A DNA stretch of 64,000 nucleotides from an uncultured Bacteroidales bacterium. Its GTDB lineage: Bacteria > Bacteroidota > Bacteroidia > Bacteroidales > UBA932. Shown here piece after piece: positions 19,984 to 29,950 of the stretch. Positions within the stretch are counted from its first letter, which is position 1, and each line of letters begins with the position of its first letter. A program made the translations under genes and the position numbers. The notes under the pieces are model-generated. The model searched no databases. It was not told the DNA's origin and saw nothing but the letters and a program-made list of their open reading frames with translations. The stretch covers positions 9,203 to 73,202 of the forward strand of contig URDD01000001.1 of NCBI GenBank assembly GCA_900546395.1, written 5' to 3'.

Positions 19984-20919
19984 ATGAAAATAGTTTTTCT
20001 TGATGCAGCTACAATGGGAGCTGATATATCCTTTGAGCCTATAAGCAGGCACGGAGACCTGATATGCTATGATTCTTCAACTGCTGAAGAAGCTCTTGAA
20101 CGTGTTGCGGATTGTGATGTGCTTATTGTTAACAAGGTAAAAGTGACAAAGGAACTGATAGATTCAGCTAAATCCTTGAAACTTATCTGCGAAGCGGCTA
20201 CCGGTGTCAACAATATTGATTTGGAATATGCAGGGTTTAAAGGTATTCCGGTAAAAAATGTAGCTGGATATTCTACTGATTCTGTAGTTCAGACTACATT
20301 TATGCATATATTGTCACTTTGTGGCAAGGCAAGATATTTTGATAATGCGGTGAAAAGTGGGAATTATGCTTCAGCAGGAATGTTTACTGACGTGTCTGTT
20401 CCGTTCAGTGAATTGTCTGGCAAGAAAATAGGAATTGTAGGAATGGGGAAAATCGGCTATGGAGTAGCTAAAGTAGCGTCTGCTTTTGGAATGGATGTTT
20501 CTTATTTTTCTACATCCGGAACTTCTCACTGTACAGATTATCCAAGTGTTTCCCTTGAACAGCTTATGTCTGAGTCTGATATAGTATCCGTTCATGCTCC
20601 TTACAATGAAAGGACTGCATCTCTTATCTGTGAGAAAGAGCTGGCATTGATGAAGCCGTCTGCAATTATAGTAAATATGGGTAGAGGAGGAATCGTTGAT
20701 GAGCAGGCTTTGGCAGATGCCGTAGATTCCGGAGCAATAGCTGGCGCGGCCTTGGATGTATTTGTCAGCGAACCGTTGTCTTTGGACAACCCGTTGATGA
20801 AAGTCGTTCATAAGGAGAGACTTTCATTTTCTCCTCATATTGCATGGGCATCTGTTGAGGCGCGGACCAGACTTATGGAGTGTATTGGCAATAATGTAGC
20901 GACAGCTAATGCAGATTAA
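19984..20919 (+). CDS. D-isomer-specific 2-hydroxyacid dehydrogenase (glycerate dehydrogenase/HprA-like)
   Basis: NAD-binding motif GIVGMGKIGYGVA and a catalytic His region (HIAWAS). Start taken at MKIVFLD. Confidence 0.75.
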   Translation: MKIVFLDAATMGADISFEPISRHGDLICYDSSTAEEALERVADCDVLIVNKVKVTKELIDSAKSLKLICEAATGVNNIDLEYAGFKGIPVKNVAGYSTDSVVQTTFMHILSLCGKARYFDNAVKSGNYASAGMFTDVSVPFSELSGKKIGIVGMGKIGYGVAKVASAFGMDVSYFSTSGTSHCTDYPSVSLEQLMSESDIVSVHAPYNERTASLICEKELALMKPSAIIVNMGRGGIVDEQALADAVDSGAIAGAALDVFVSEPLSLDNPLMKVVHKERLSFSPHIAWASVEARTRLMECIGNNVATANAD

Positions 20920-20970
20920 TCTGGAATTATCCCTATGTAATCTTCTCTCCGTATCCGTGTATTGCAAAAT

Positions 20971-21007
20971 AAGCGGCCGTAAGTCATTGGACTGCGGCCG
21001 CTTTTAG
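20971..21007. terminator. Bidirectional rho-independent terminator between convergent genes
   Basis: Perfect 9-bp stem AAGCGGCCG/CGGCCGCTT, with an A-run before it and a T-run after. Confidence 0.65.
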
Positions 21008-21055
21008 ATGTCATTGATAATAATATTTATGCTTTGATGTGATTGTTTTTAATTG

Positions 21056-21343
21056 TTAGTTCCTTTTTTCCTTTACCCTTACCAACTTGTCTTTAAGGAT
21101 GTCGACGCAGTCAACAAGTGCATCTTCAAAAGTCTTGGCGTTACGCTCTATGACAACGTCATTTCCGGGAATCTGAACGTGAATTTTCACGTTTTTGTTT
21201 TCGTGTTCGGCGAGTAGCGAGAGAGCTACATCGACACCGATGATTTCGTCATAAAACTTTTCAAGTTTTGACACTTTTTTCTCTACGAAGTCAAGCAGCT
21301 TCTGGTCTGCGTTAAACTTGATGGATTGTACTCTAATCTCCAT
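21056..21343 (-). CDS. hpf: Ribosome hibernation promoting factor
   Basis: MEIRVQSIKFNADQKLLDFVEKKVSKLEKF...; 95 aa from the MEIRV start. Confidence 0.85.
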   Translation of the reverse strand: MEIRVQSIKFNADQKLLDFVEKKVSKLEKFYDEIIGVDVALSLLAEHENKNVKIHVQIPGNDVVIERNAKTFEDALVDCVDILKDKLVRVKEKRN

Positions 21344-22421
21344 GTTTACCTCCGCTTTTTGCCCTTGGGTGGGCATTAGTATAAACTTTTTTTAGTTTTG
21401 CGACAGAGTTGTGAGTGTATATCTGGGTTGCGGCCAATGAAGAGTGTCCCAAAAGTTCCTTGATGGAATTTATGTCAGCTCCCTCATTCAGCAGTTCCGT
21501 CGCCAATGTGTGCCTGAGGACATGGGGCGATTTTCGTGCAGTGAAGAGTCCTGTTTCTCCAAGTTCGCGCTTGACTGCCCTGTCAACATAAACGGGATAT
21601 AATGCTTTCCCGCTATAAGTCATCAGCAATGGCGAGTCAGTTCCGTGCATAATGCAACTTGTCGCATCAACTGTTTGTAAATATAGTGAAATTTCTTTAC
21701 AAAGAGACGTTATGACAGGAATTTCTCTTGTTTTATCACCTTTACCCCTTACTTTTATTTGTTGTCTGTGGAAATCAACAGATTCTCTTGTAAGAGAAAT
21801 AAGTTCGCCGCGTCGCATACCTGTTGAGTACAAAATGGAGACAATCAATCTGTCCAGTTTCTTAGTATATATCCATTCTGCAAATCTTTCCGGTTTGTCA
21901 GATATTTCATTCATTGTTGCCAGGACGGAATCTTTTTCTGTAGAATATCCTGGTTTCTCCTTGAATCTTAGATAAGCCTCAATAAACTCTCCAGGAGACA
22001 TTCCCTCTGTATATGATGCGAATATTTCGCTCTCTGACAAGTATTTCTCCATGCTGTCATGTCTGTAGAAAACAGGAAGATTTTTGTCAGTTTTCGGCCT
22101 TTTAACATTGCGGGCGGGGTTATACAATATGATTTTTTTTATCATAAGGTACCTGCAGAATCCGCTAAGGACGGAAATATGAAGGCAGACACTTTTCGGG
22201 TTTAACTTTTTCTTTTCAATCAGATATATTTCGTACCCGCGGACAGTGTCTGTGTTAAGGACATCATTGATATTATTTACAGAAATTTCCTCTCCTGACG
22301 TCCGGTGTATGTAAACAAAGTCGGAAAATGACTGCAGGACATTATAATAAATCTCCTGTGTCCTTTTGGAGTATCTCCGGACACTGGCTATATATTCAAT
22401 ATATGTTTCTATCAGAGTCAT
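21333..22421 (-). CDS. xerC: Tyrosine recombinase, XerC/XerD-like (chromosomal housekeeping type)
   Basis: C-terminal catalytic region HVLRHTLATELL...LLGHSSLAATQIYTH. Packed tightly between the cca and hpf genes. Confidence 0.75.
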   Translation of the reverse strand: MTLIETYIEYIASVRRYSKRTQEIYYNVLQSFSDFVYIHRTSGEEISVNNINDVLNTDTVRGYEIYLIEKKKLNPKSVCLHISVLSGFCRYLMIKKIILYNPARNVKRPKTDKNLPVFYRHDSMEKYLSESEIFASYTEGMSPGEFIEAYLRFKEKPGYSTEKDSVLATMNEISDKPERFAEWIYTKKLDRLIVSILYSTGMRRGELISLTRESVDFHRQQIKVRGKGDKTREIPVITSLCKEISLYLQTVDATSCIMHGTDSPLLMTYSGKALYPVYVDRAVKRELGETGLFTARKSPHVLRHTLATELLNEGADINSIKELLGHSSLAATQIYTHNSVAKLKKVYTNAHPRAKSGGKHGD

Positions 22422-23933
22422 TTATTTTGCTTGCAGACCGATTTCTGCTGCTTTACTGCGCATAAGTCTGTCTGCCTGACCGAAATCATTCTCTATAATA
22501 CCGTCAAGTATAGCGTTTTTTACAAATTCCTTAAGGATGCCAATTTCGTGGCACGGCGGTATTCCGAATACTTCCATTACATATTCTCCGGTTATAGGAT
22601 TCTTGAAATTCCGGATGGCATCTTTTGCTTCTACATCAGCAAGTTTTTGCTGGACAAGTTCGAAATTCTGTTTAAGCCGTTCAACTTTGCGTATGTTCTT
22701 GGATGTTATGTCCGCATTGCACAGAAGCATAAGGTCATCTATGTCATTCCCCGCGTCAAACAGCAATCTGCGTACTGCAGAGTCAGTAACTTCTTCTGTA
22801 ACTAGAGCTATGGGTCTCAGGTGAAGATTGACCATCTTTTGTACATACTTCATTTTCTCATTGAGAGGAAGCTTCATCTGCTGGAACATCTTTGGAATCA
22901 TTCTGGCACCGACGACTTCATGTCCGTGGAATGTCCATCCTGTCTGTGGCGCAAACCGTTTTGTTGCAGGTTTCCCTATGTCGTGAAGTAATGCGGCCCA
23001 GCGAAGCCACAAGTATGGTTCAGTTCTCGGTACGGTGATTTCTTGTCCATCTTCAAACTCATGGTTGTATAGAACTCCCCTGGATATCATATCTGCTTCT
23101 CCTGCAGCAAGATTGTCAAGGACCTCAAGAGTATGGCTGAAATTTTCTTTATGCCCTTTGCCATCGACAGTTTCCGTGCCTTTGAGTTTTACAAGTTGAG
23201 GCATGATGTAATCCATCAGGCCTGTTTCATCCAAAAGACGGAACCCGATAGAAGGTTTTGAACAAACCAGTATCTTATTAAGCTCTTCAGTTATTCTCTC
23301 TTTGGACAGGATTGACATCCTTTCACGGTTTCTTCGTATGGAATCAAGAGATTCGGGAACTATTCTGAACATCAGTTGCGGTGTGCTGAGTTTTGTCGCA
23401 AATCTGATGGCACGTATCATTCTCAGTGGATCATCACTATAAGTAGTGTCTGGATCCAGCGGTGTGCGTATGATTCCTGAGGCAAGGTCTCTTATACCTC
23501 CGAACGGATCTACAAGTGCGCCAAAGTCTTCTTTCTGAAGGCTGAATGCCATAGCATTAATTGTAAAATCACGCCTTAGCTGGTCATCTTCCAATGTCCC
23601 GTTTTCGACTATCGGCTTTCTGGAATCTCTTCTGTAAGATTCTTTTCGCGCACCGACAAATTCAATCTCCACTCCCTTGAATTTCAGCATGGCAGTACCG
23701 AAATTCTTGAAAACTGAAACATTACTTTTTACTGCGGCTCCAACTGCTTCTGCCAGTTCGATGCCGCTGCCTTCTACTACGATATCTATGTCTTTGCTTG
23801 GTCTGCCGAGAAAGCAGTCCCTGACATAGCCTCCTATGACAAAAGCTCTGACACCGAGATTCTCAGCGGTTTGTGAGACTATCTTGAAAATTTTATGATC
23901 CAGGAAACCCTGTGTTATTGTGGCGTTGCTCAT
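22422..23933 (-). CDS. cca: CCA-adding tRNA nucleotidyltransferase with an HD domain
   Basis: GGYVRDCFLGRPSKDIDIVVEG polymerase-beta motif, 503 aa, with a C-terminal HD region. Confidence 0.85.
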   Translation of the reverse strand: MSNATITQGFLDHKIFKIVSQTAENLGVRAFVIGGYVRDCFLGRPSKDIDIVVEGSGIELAEAVGAAVKSNVSVFKNFGTAMLKFKGVEIEFVGARKESYRRDSRKPIVENGTLEDDQLRRDFTINAMAFSLQKEDFGALVDPFGGIRDLASGIIRTPLDPDTTYSDDPLRMIRAIRFATKLSTPQLMFRIVPESLDSIRRNRERMSILSKERITEELNKILVCSKPSIGFRLLDETGLMDYIMPQLVKLKGTETVDGKGHKENFSHTLEVLDNLAAGEADMISRGVLYNHEFEDGQEITVPRTEPYLWLRWAALLHDIGKPATKRFAPQTGWTFHGHEVVGARMIPKMFQQMKLPLNEKMKYVQKMVNLHLRPIALVTEEVTDSAVRRLLFDAGNDIDDLMLLCNADITSKNIRKVERLKQNFELVQQKLADVEAKDAIRNFKNPITGEYVMEVFGIPPCHEIGILKEFVKNAILDGIIENDFGQADRLMRSKAAEIGLQAK

Positions 23934-23934
23934 T

Positions 23935-24339
23935 TTACTTTAACATCTTTTCATAATCGGGAGCTGAACTTACAGGTTTGTATCTCCCGTCTTTTTTTTC
24001 AAATATGAATGTCTTGACCCCGTTGGTTATAATTATATATTTGACATCCAATACCATATTATATCTTACGGCTTGCTCCAGAACTGCAGTGCTGATAGGT
24101 ATTTCAGGTCTTTTGCATTCTACCACAGCCAGGGGTTTTGCTGCCCTGTCATATATGATTATATCTGCCCTGAACTGTTTTTCCCCCAATTTGAAACTCA
24201 CCTCGCTCATCATCATGTGTTTGGGAACAGACATTTGCCTGTTCAGCAAGTCTATGAACCACTGTCTGACTTTTTCTTCAGGAGTGAGTGAAACCTCCTT
24301 TTTTCTGAGTGGGTCCCAAATTGTACAAGTTTCTTTCAT
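23935..24339 (-). CDS. Small PD-(D/E)xK-fold protein, type I restriction enzyme R N-terminal-like
   Basis: Core motif ADIIIYD...LAVVECKRPE (D...E-x-K), 134 aa. Its ATG overlaps the aroK stop (ATGA) and its stop abuts the cca start. Confidence 0.5.
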   Translation of the reverse strand: MKETCTIWDPLRKKEVSLTPEEKVRQWFIDLLNRQMSVPKHMMMSEVSFKLGEKQFRADIIIYDRAAKPLAVVECKRPEIPISTAVLEQAVRYNMVLDVKYIIITNGVKTFIFEKKDGRYKPVSSAPDYEKMLK

Positions 24340-24884
24340 ATTATCCCGGTAATCACATTGCATATATCGAGGGCTATTTCGTCAACGGTTTTGCCGTCTG
24401 TTTCAACAGTTACGCAGGAGCATGCTTCATACGTACCGACTCTGTCTTTCAATATGGAACATATCCTTTGTCTCAGTTCAGGAATATTACTTGCTGATAC
24501 TGAAATTAAGGGCCTTTTTCTATAATCCTTTTCCAGATTGCGGACCAAAGTATCTGTCTGAGCTTTCAGATAAATGCATTTTGTTTCTGTACTGACTATT
24601 TTCCGGCATTTTCCAGTCGTTAGAGTACCTCCTCCGAGAGATAATATAGTCAGACCGTCATTTTTTCCGGATTTATATTCTGATATAATTTCCGATAAAG
24701 CGTCATATTCCTTTTCCCTGAATCCGGGTTCCCCGTATAATTCGAAAACTTCCGGAATCTTCATATTTGCCATGTCTTCAATATAGGAATCAAGGTCAAT
24801 GAATTCGCAGGATAGCAGTTCGGAAAGTTTTTTCCCGACACTGCTTTTCCCGCATCCCATAAATCCTGTCAGTGAAATTATCAT
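24336..24884 (-). CDS. aroK: Shikimate kinase
   Basis: P-loop LTGFMGCGKSSVG, 182 aa. Confidence 0.85.
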   Translation of the reverse strand: MIISLTGFMGCGKSSVGKKLSELLSCEFIDLDSYIEDMANMKIPEVFELYGEPGFREKEYDALSEIISEYKSGKNDGLTILSLGGGTLTTGKCRKIVSTETKCIYLKAQTDTLVRNLEKDYRKRPLISVSASNIPELRQRICSILKDRVGTYEACSCVTVETDGKTVDEIALDICNVITGII

Positions 24885-24914
24885 AGGCGCTATATGGCAA
24901 ATATCAGGAATTTA

Positions 24915-27599
24915 TCAGAATAAACTAAGCTGTTCATCATCATTGCCGCTATCTTTAATGTCGTTTTCCGGCAATTCAGCCTGAACTTCATTCTCCTGTT
25001 CTTCGTCATCATCAAAGTGAAGAGGCTCTCCGAAGTGAAGCTCCTTTATTTCAAACTGGCTGGCTCTTTTTCCCTTAGCCTGGATTCCTTTCTTTCCTAT
25101 GAAACTCTCTGCATCGATCGTTTCGCCTTCGCGGTGCTCATGTTTTCCCCCGAATGTTATCTCTATCTGCGGATGTTTGTCATCGCTGATTGCCACGAAG
25201 TATGATCCTTTTGCATCAGTTATGAAGCTTTGAGGATTGTTGTCGCTGACATCAAATGAAAATCTCTTTATATAGAAGCAATTGACAGATCCGTCAAAGT
25301 ATATTGCAGTATAGGTCTTTTCCGGATTGAGCTTTTCTATTTTCAGAAGATTTTCCTGATATCTGTTGCTCAAATCGAAGGAAGTGGTATAATATGTACC
25401 GTCCTGGAATATCGCCAGTATATGCTCATCCGAATCAAACTGTCCCAGGTAGAGTCCTCTTCCGTCTTCATTCAGCCTGTTGATATCAGTGTCGAACCAT
25501 ACATCTTTTCCTCCTATGGTTGAAACGCCTTTGGATTTGAGCCCGATTTTCTGTATAGGATTTTTTGATACCAGATTTCCTCTGGACGACCGTCCCTTTA
25601 TGGCAAGTTGCGAAAAGTCATACTCAAGAGATGATTTCTTGAGTTTCGGTCTTGGCCTGAGATTTATCCTTACAGTTTCTGCTTCGGCATTACCGTTTGC
25701 AGTAAACCATAGTACTGCAGAGCCTGGTGTCCCCATAGTAAGGTCATATTCCTTATCTCTGGTAATACTTGTCACCGCAAATCTTTTTGCGTATGTCACA
25801 CTGCTCTTTCCGTCCCTGTAGATGGCATTGTATATGGTTCTGGAATCATTTCTGTCGAAAATTCCTACATAAAGCAGATCCTTTCCGAAGAAAGCCTTGT
25901 CACTTACCTTGGTTACACTATATATTCCGTCTTTGCGGAAGACTATTATTTCAGACAAGTCAGAACATTCGCATACAAACTCCGCATTATCTTCCTTTTT
26001 GAGATTGATTCCGACAAATCCCTCTGAAAGATTTGCATATAGTTTGGCATTGTTGTTTACGACTCTTGTCGCTGTAATAGATTCGAAGTTCGTGATTTCA
26101 GTAACTCTGGGATATTCTGCCCCGTATTTCTTTTTCAGGTTTTTGAAGTATGCAATGGTGAATTCAGTAAGATGGGACAGATGGTTCGAGACTTCTTCAA
26201 TTTCGTCTTCTATACCCCTCAGTTTTTCATCCATAGCCTTGGTGTCGAATTTCGATATCTTTCTTACAGGCTTTTCCACAAGTTTTGTGATATCTTCCAT
26301 CGCAATTTCCCGTTTTAGAAGAGCCTGGTATTTTCTCATTTCATCGAAGACTTCATTCAGCTGGTCCTCCCAGGTGCGGGAGTCTCCTTCGAGGATTTTA
26401 TACACCCTGTTTTCGAAAAATATTTTCTCAAGAGAACCGTAATGCCAGTCATTTTCCAGTTCATCGAGTCTGATCTGAAGTTCTTGTCCCAAAAGATCCT
26501 TAGTATGCATTGTATCATACTTGAGAATATCTTCCACATTCAGGAATTGAGGCTTGTTATCTACTATGACACAGGCATTTGGCGAGATTGATACTTCGCA
26601 GTCGGTAAAAGCGTACAGAGCATCGATTGTCTTGTCTGGAGAGACATCGTTTGGAAGATGAATTACCAGATTTGCCTGTTTGGTAGTGAGATCGTCGATT
26701 TTCTTAATCTTGATTTTGCCTTTATCCTTTGCTTTCAGGATAGACTCCACTACGATATGAGTTGTCTTGCCAAACGGAATTTCTGTAATTGCAATCGTAT
26801 TTTTATCGATTTTCTCAATCTTTGCCCTTACTTTAACAGTTCCTCCGCGCTGGCCTTTGTTGTACTTTGAGCAGTCAGCATATCCTCCGGTAGGAAAATC
26901 TGGAAAAATCTCAAAATCCCTGCCTTGAAGTATGGCGACAGATGCATCAAGCAACTCATTGAAGTTGTGTGGCAGAATCTTGGAGGCAAGTCCTACGGCA
27001 ATTCCTTCCGCTCCCTGGGCAAGAAGTAGCGGAAACTTTACAGGAAGTTCTACGGGTTCAAGATTTCTGCCATCGTATGATGTCATCCAATTGGTTATTT
27101 TTGGATTGAAAACAACCTCTTTGGCAAATTTTGACAACCTTGCCTCGATATATCTGGCAGCTGCATTTGAGTCGCCGGTAATAATGTTACCCCAGTTACC
27201 CTGGCAGTCAATAAGCAGATTTTTCTGACCGAGCTGTACCAGTGCTCCAAGTATGGACGAGTCTCCGTGTGGATGGAACTGCATGGCTTCACCCACAAGG
27301 TTTGCAACCTTAGTATAATGTCCGTCGTCTTTGCGGTACATTGCATGCAGAACTCTGCGCTGTACCGGTTTAAGTCCGTCGATTATATGAGGAACGGCCC
27401 TTTGTAGAATGACATAAGAGGAGTAGTCCAGAAACCACTCCTTGAACATTCCTGAAAGTTTGTATTTTCTGCTGTTTTCATTTAGAAGCCTGTCAAATTT
27501 TCCGGACGACGGTGTCCCTTCTTCGACAGGTGCTTCGTTGAAATCATCTTCCTGTTCTTCAACAGGAAGATCCATATCGTCCATATCCATCTCTTTCAC
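24915..27599 (-). CDS. parC: DNA topoisomerase IV subunit A (type IIA GyrA/ParC family)
   Basis: YSSYVILQRAVPHIIDGLKPVQRRVLHAM and the active-site tyrosine region, 894 aa. Both termini are acidic. Confidence 0.8.
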   Translation of the reverse strand: MKEMDMDDMDLPVEEQEDDFNEAPVEEGTPSSGKFDRLLNENSRKYKLSGMFKEWFLDYSSYVILQRAVPHIIDGLKPVQRRVLHAMYRKDDGHYTKVANLVGEAMQFHPHGDSSILGALVQLGQKNLLIDCQGNWGNIITGDSNAAARYIEARLSKFAKEVVFNPKITNWMTSYDGRNLEPVELPVKFPLLLAQGAEGIAVGLASKILPHNFNELLDASVAILQGRDFEIFPDFPTGGYADCSKYNKGQRGGTVKVRAKIEKIDKNTIAITEIPFGKTTHIVVESILKAKDKGKIKIKKIDDLTTKQANLVIHLPNDVSPDKTIDALYAFTDCEVSISPNACVIVDNKPQFLNVEDILKYDTMHTKDLLGQELQIRLDELENDWHYGSLEKIFFENRVYKILEGDSRTWEDQLNEVFDEMRKYQALLKREIAMEDITKLVEKPVRKISKFDTKAMDEKLRGIEDEIEEVSNHLSHLTEFTIAYFKNLKKKYGAEYPRVTEITNFESITATRVVNNNAKLYANLSEGFVGINLKKEDNAEFVCECSDLSEIIVFRKDGIYSVTKVSDKAFFGKDLLYVGIFDRNDSRTIYNAIYRDGKSSVTYAKRFAVTSITRDKEYDLTMGTPGSAVLWFTANGNAEAETVRINLRPRPKLKKSSLEYDFSQLAIKGRSSRGNLVSKNPIQKIGLKSKGVSTIGGKDVWFDTDINRLNEDGRGLYLGQFDSDEHILAIFQDGTYYTTSFDLSNRYQENLLKIEKLNPEKTYTAIYFDGSVNCFYIKRFSFDVSDNNPQSFITDAKGSYFVAISDDKHPQIEITFGGKHEHREGETIDAESFIGKKGIQAKGKRASQFEIKELHFGEPLHFDDDEEQENEVQAELPENDIKDSGNDDEQLSLF

Positions 27600-27608
27600 A
27601 AAAAAGTT

Positions 27609-28499
27609 TTAGTATTCGTAACCGAACTTCTTGAGTTCCCTTTTGTTTTCCCTCCAGTCCTGATCTACTTTTACAAAAAGTCTGAGGAATACTTTTTTCT
27701 GGAAGAAGTCTTCCATTTCGATTCTCGCTTGGGTGCCGACCTTCTTCAGCGCAGCTCCGCCCTTTCCTATTATGATGCCTTTCTGGGAATTACGCATTAC
27801 ATAGATGACAGCACTTATATCATATCTGTCATCGCCCTCTTTGAACTCTTCTACACTTACTTCGCAGCAATAAGGAATTTCCTGGCTGTAGTTCAGTAAA
27901 ATCTTCTCTCTGATTATCTCAGAGGCAAAAAATCTCAGGTTCTTGTCGGTAAAGACATCTTTGTCATACCAGGCAGGAGCTACTGGCAGGTGGCTCAGAA
28001 TTGCATCGAACACATTGTCAAGGTTGAACCGTTCCTGTGCTGAAACAGGGAAAATGACAGCCTGGGGAAGATGTCCTTTCCACCAGGCTATCAAATCATT
28101 GACCTGTTCCTGAGTGCTGATGTCAATCTTGTTGATAACCAATATGACAGGGCATTCTATTTTTTTGAGTTTTTCTATATACTCGGCATTCTTGTCCCCG
28201 GTTTCAACAGTGTCAGTCACATACAGGATTATGTCGGCATCTCCTATCGCGGTTTCAACAAAATCCATCATGCTTTTCTGCAGTCTGTAGTTAGGTTTCA
28301 GGATACCGGGTGTATCGGAATAGACTATTTGGTAGTCTTCTCCGTTTACAATTCCCATTATCCTGTGTCTTGTAGTCTGTGCCTTTGCTGTCACTATGGA
28401 CAACTTTTCTCCTACGAGTGCATTCATTAAAGTGGATTTGCCGACATTAGGATTTCCTATTATGTTGACAAATCCTGCACGATGTCTGTTTTCGCTCAT
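27609..28499 (-). CDS. era: GTPase Era
   Basis: G1 motif GNPNVGKSTLMN and a C-terminal KH domain. Start taken at MSENRHRAG, whose ATG overlaps the stop of the upstream rluB-like gene. Confidence 0.85.
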   Translation of the reverse strand: MSENRHRAGFVNIIGNPNVGKSTLMNALVGEKLSIVTAKAQTTRHRIMGIVNGEDYQIVYSDTPGILKPNYRLQKSMMDFVETAIGDADIILYVTDTVETGDKNAEYIEKLKKIECPVILVINKIDISTQEQVNDLIAWWKGHLPQAVIFPVSAQERFNLDNVFDAILSHLPVAPAWYDKDVFTDKNLRFFASEIIREKILLNYSQEIPYCCEVSVEEFKEGDDRYDISAVIYVMRNSQKGIIIGKGGAALKKVGTQARIEMEDFFQKKVFLRLFVKVDQDWRENKRELKKFGYEY

Positions 28500-28500
28500 A

Positions 28501-29856
28501 TTATACGTATGCTCCCATTTTAAGAACGTTGGTCTCTCCTGTAGAAAGGTATCTCCAGGCTCCTCTTTTAAGTCCTTTTTTTGTAAGACCTGCAAAATAT
28601 ACTCTGTCAAGGGCTTTTACGGTATATCCGAGTGATTCGAATATTCTCCTTACAATTCTGTTCTTTCCCGAGTGGATTTCTATTCCGAGCTTTCTGCGGT
28701 CATTATCGTCTATGTATTCAAGTTCGTCTGCTGCAATCACTCCGTCGGCAAGTTCAATCCCGCTTAAGATATGATCGAAGTCTTCCTGTCTGAGTTCCTT
28801 GTCCAGACTTACCTGGTAAATCTTTTTCTTGTCGTATGAAGGATGAGTAAGCTTTTCAGCTATTTCACCGTCGTTGGTGAACATAAGCACTCCGGTAGTG
28901 TTCTTGTCAAGCCTTCCAACAGGGAATACTCTGGCGTCACATCCTTTCAGCAAATCCATGACTGTCTTTTCGGCGTGCGGGTCGCTGGCTGTAGTTACAA
29001 AACCCTTCGGTTTGTTCATTACTATATATACTTTCTCTTCTCCTTTAAGTCTTTCGCCATTGAAACGTATGTCATCGTTCTTGATGTTGACTTTAGTTCC
29101 GAGTTCGGTTACGACCTCACCGTTCACTGTTACGACTCCGGCAAGTATGAGGTTATCAGCTTCACGTCTTGAGCAAACACCTGAGTTTGCTATGAATTTA
29201 TTGAGTCTTACCTCTTCCTTAACCGGTATGTTTATCATATCATTGTCAGAAAAACTGTTGTCATTCAACTGAGGCTTTCTGTTAATCATACGGTTTATCC
29301 CCAATGTCGCGCTGTCCGGCTGGCGTCTTGTACCAGGCTTTCCTGCAGGAGTCCCGAATTTCCTTCCTCTGTTTTCGAAACTTCTCCTTCCGCCATCATT
29401 GAACGACCTCCTTGATGATGGTCTTCCTTCGCCGAAACTTCTTCTCTGGTCATTACCATAAGAATTTGTCCTTCCTTCTCCTTCACCGAAACTTCTTCCT
29501 GACGGCTTTCTGCCTCCGAAGCTCTTTCCACCTTCACCATAACTTCTGTTCTGGCCATAGTTCCGGCCACCTTCACCATAACTTCTTCCTGAGCCGTAGT
29601 TTCTACGTTCAGAGTAGCCTGAATTTCTCCTGTCTGACGATCCGTAGCTGCTCCTTTCTCCTGAAAAAGAAGTCCTTCTGCGCTCAGAATAAGACGCCCC
29701 TCCTTCAGCAGTGCCTGAAACGCCGCTTTTTCTGTGACGTAGTTTCCTTCCTGCCTGAGAGTATTCTCCTGTGTAGCTCTTCTCCTGATGTCTTTCATTT
29801 CCGTAGTCTCTACGGTTTTCGCGGCTTTCGTAGCCGTTTCTTCTGTAATTTTCCAT
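28501..29856 (-). CDS. rluB: RluB/Rsu-family pseudouridine synthase with a long R/G/S/Y-rich N-terminal low-complexity extension
   Basis: S4 domain (VCSRREADNLILAG) followed by the catalytic motif GRLDKNTTGVLMFTNDG. The first ~190 aa are SYGEGG/RRSF-type repeats. Confidence 0.75.
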   Translation of the reverse strand: MENYRRNGYESRENRRDYGNERHQEKSYTGEYSQAGRKLRHRKSGVSGTAEGGASYSERRRTSFSGERSSYGSSDRRNSGYSERRNYGSGRSYGEGGRNYGQNRSYGEGGKSFGGRKPSGRSFGEGEGRTNSYGNDQRRSFGEGRPSSRRSFNDGGRRSFENRGRKFGTPAGKPGTRRQPDSATLGINRMINRKPQLNDNSFSDNDMINIPVKEEVRLNKFIANSGVCSRREADNLILAGVVTVNGEVVTELGTKVNIKNDDIRFNGERLKGEEKVYIVMNKPKGFVTTASDPHAEKTVMDLLKGCDARVFPVGRLDKNTTGVLMFTNDGEIAEKLTHPSYDKKKIYQVSLDKELRQEDFDHILSGIELADGVIAADELEYIDDNDRRKLGIEIHSGKNRIVRRIFESLGYTVKALDRVYFAGLTKKGLKRGAWRYLSTGETNVLKMGAYV

Positions 29857-29950
29857 TGTTTCTGAACCCTTCCCGGGCTTGATAAAATTGTTTATGATAA
29901 TGGATGGCTCACGCCATCGGTGTTTATAGTTTTTGCCGTTTGCAGGCTAA

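Noticed and set aside
21333-22421. Tyrosine recombinase as an integrative mobile element
   Set aside because: There are no flanking direct or inverted repeats, no cargo genes and no tRNA attachment site. It sits translationally packed between cca and hpf, which fits chromosomal XerC/D.
24915-27599. Acidic N- and C-terminal tails of ParC as a separate fused domain
   Set aside because: Acidic tails are common in type IIA topoisomerase A subunits. There is no independent domain signature.
29295-29882. Two alternative-frame ORFs (167 aa minus; 156 aa plus) within the rluB 5' region
   Set aside because: Repeat DNA keeps several frames open. Only the frame continuing into the S4 and pseudouridine-synthase domains is supported.
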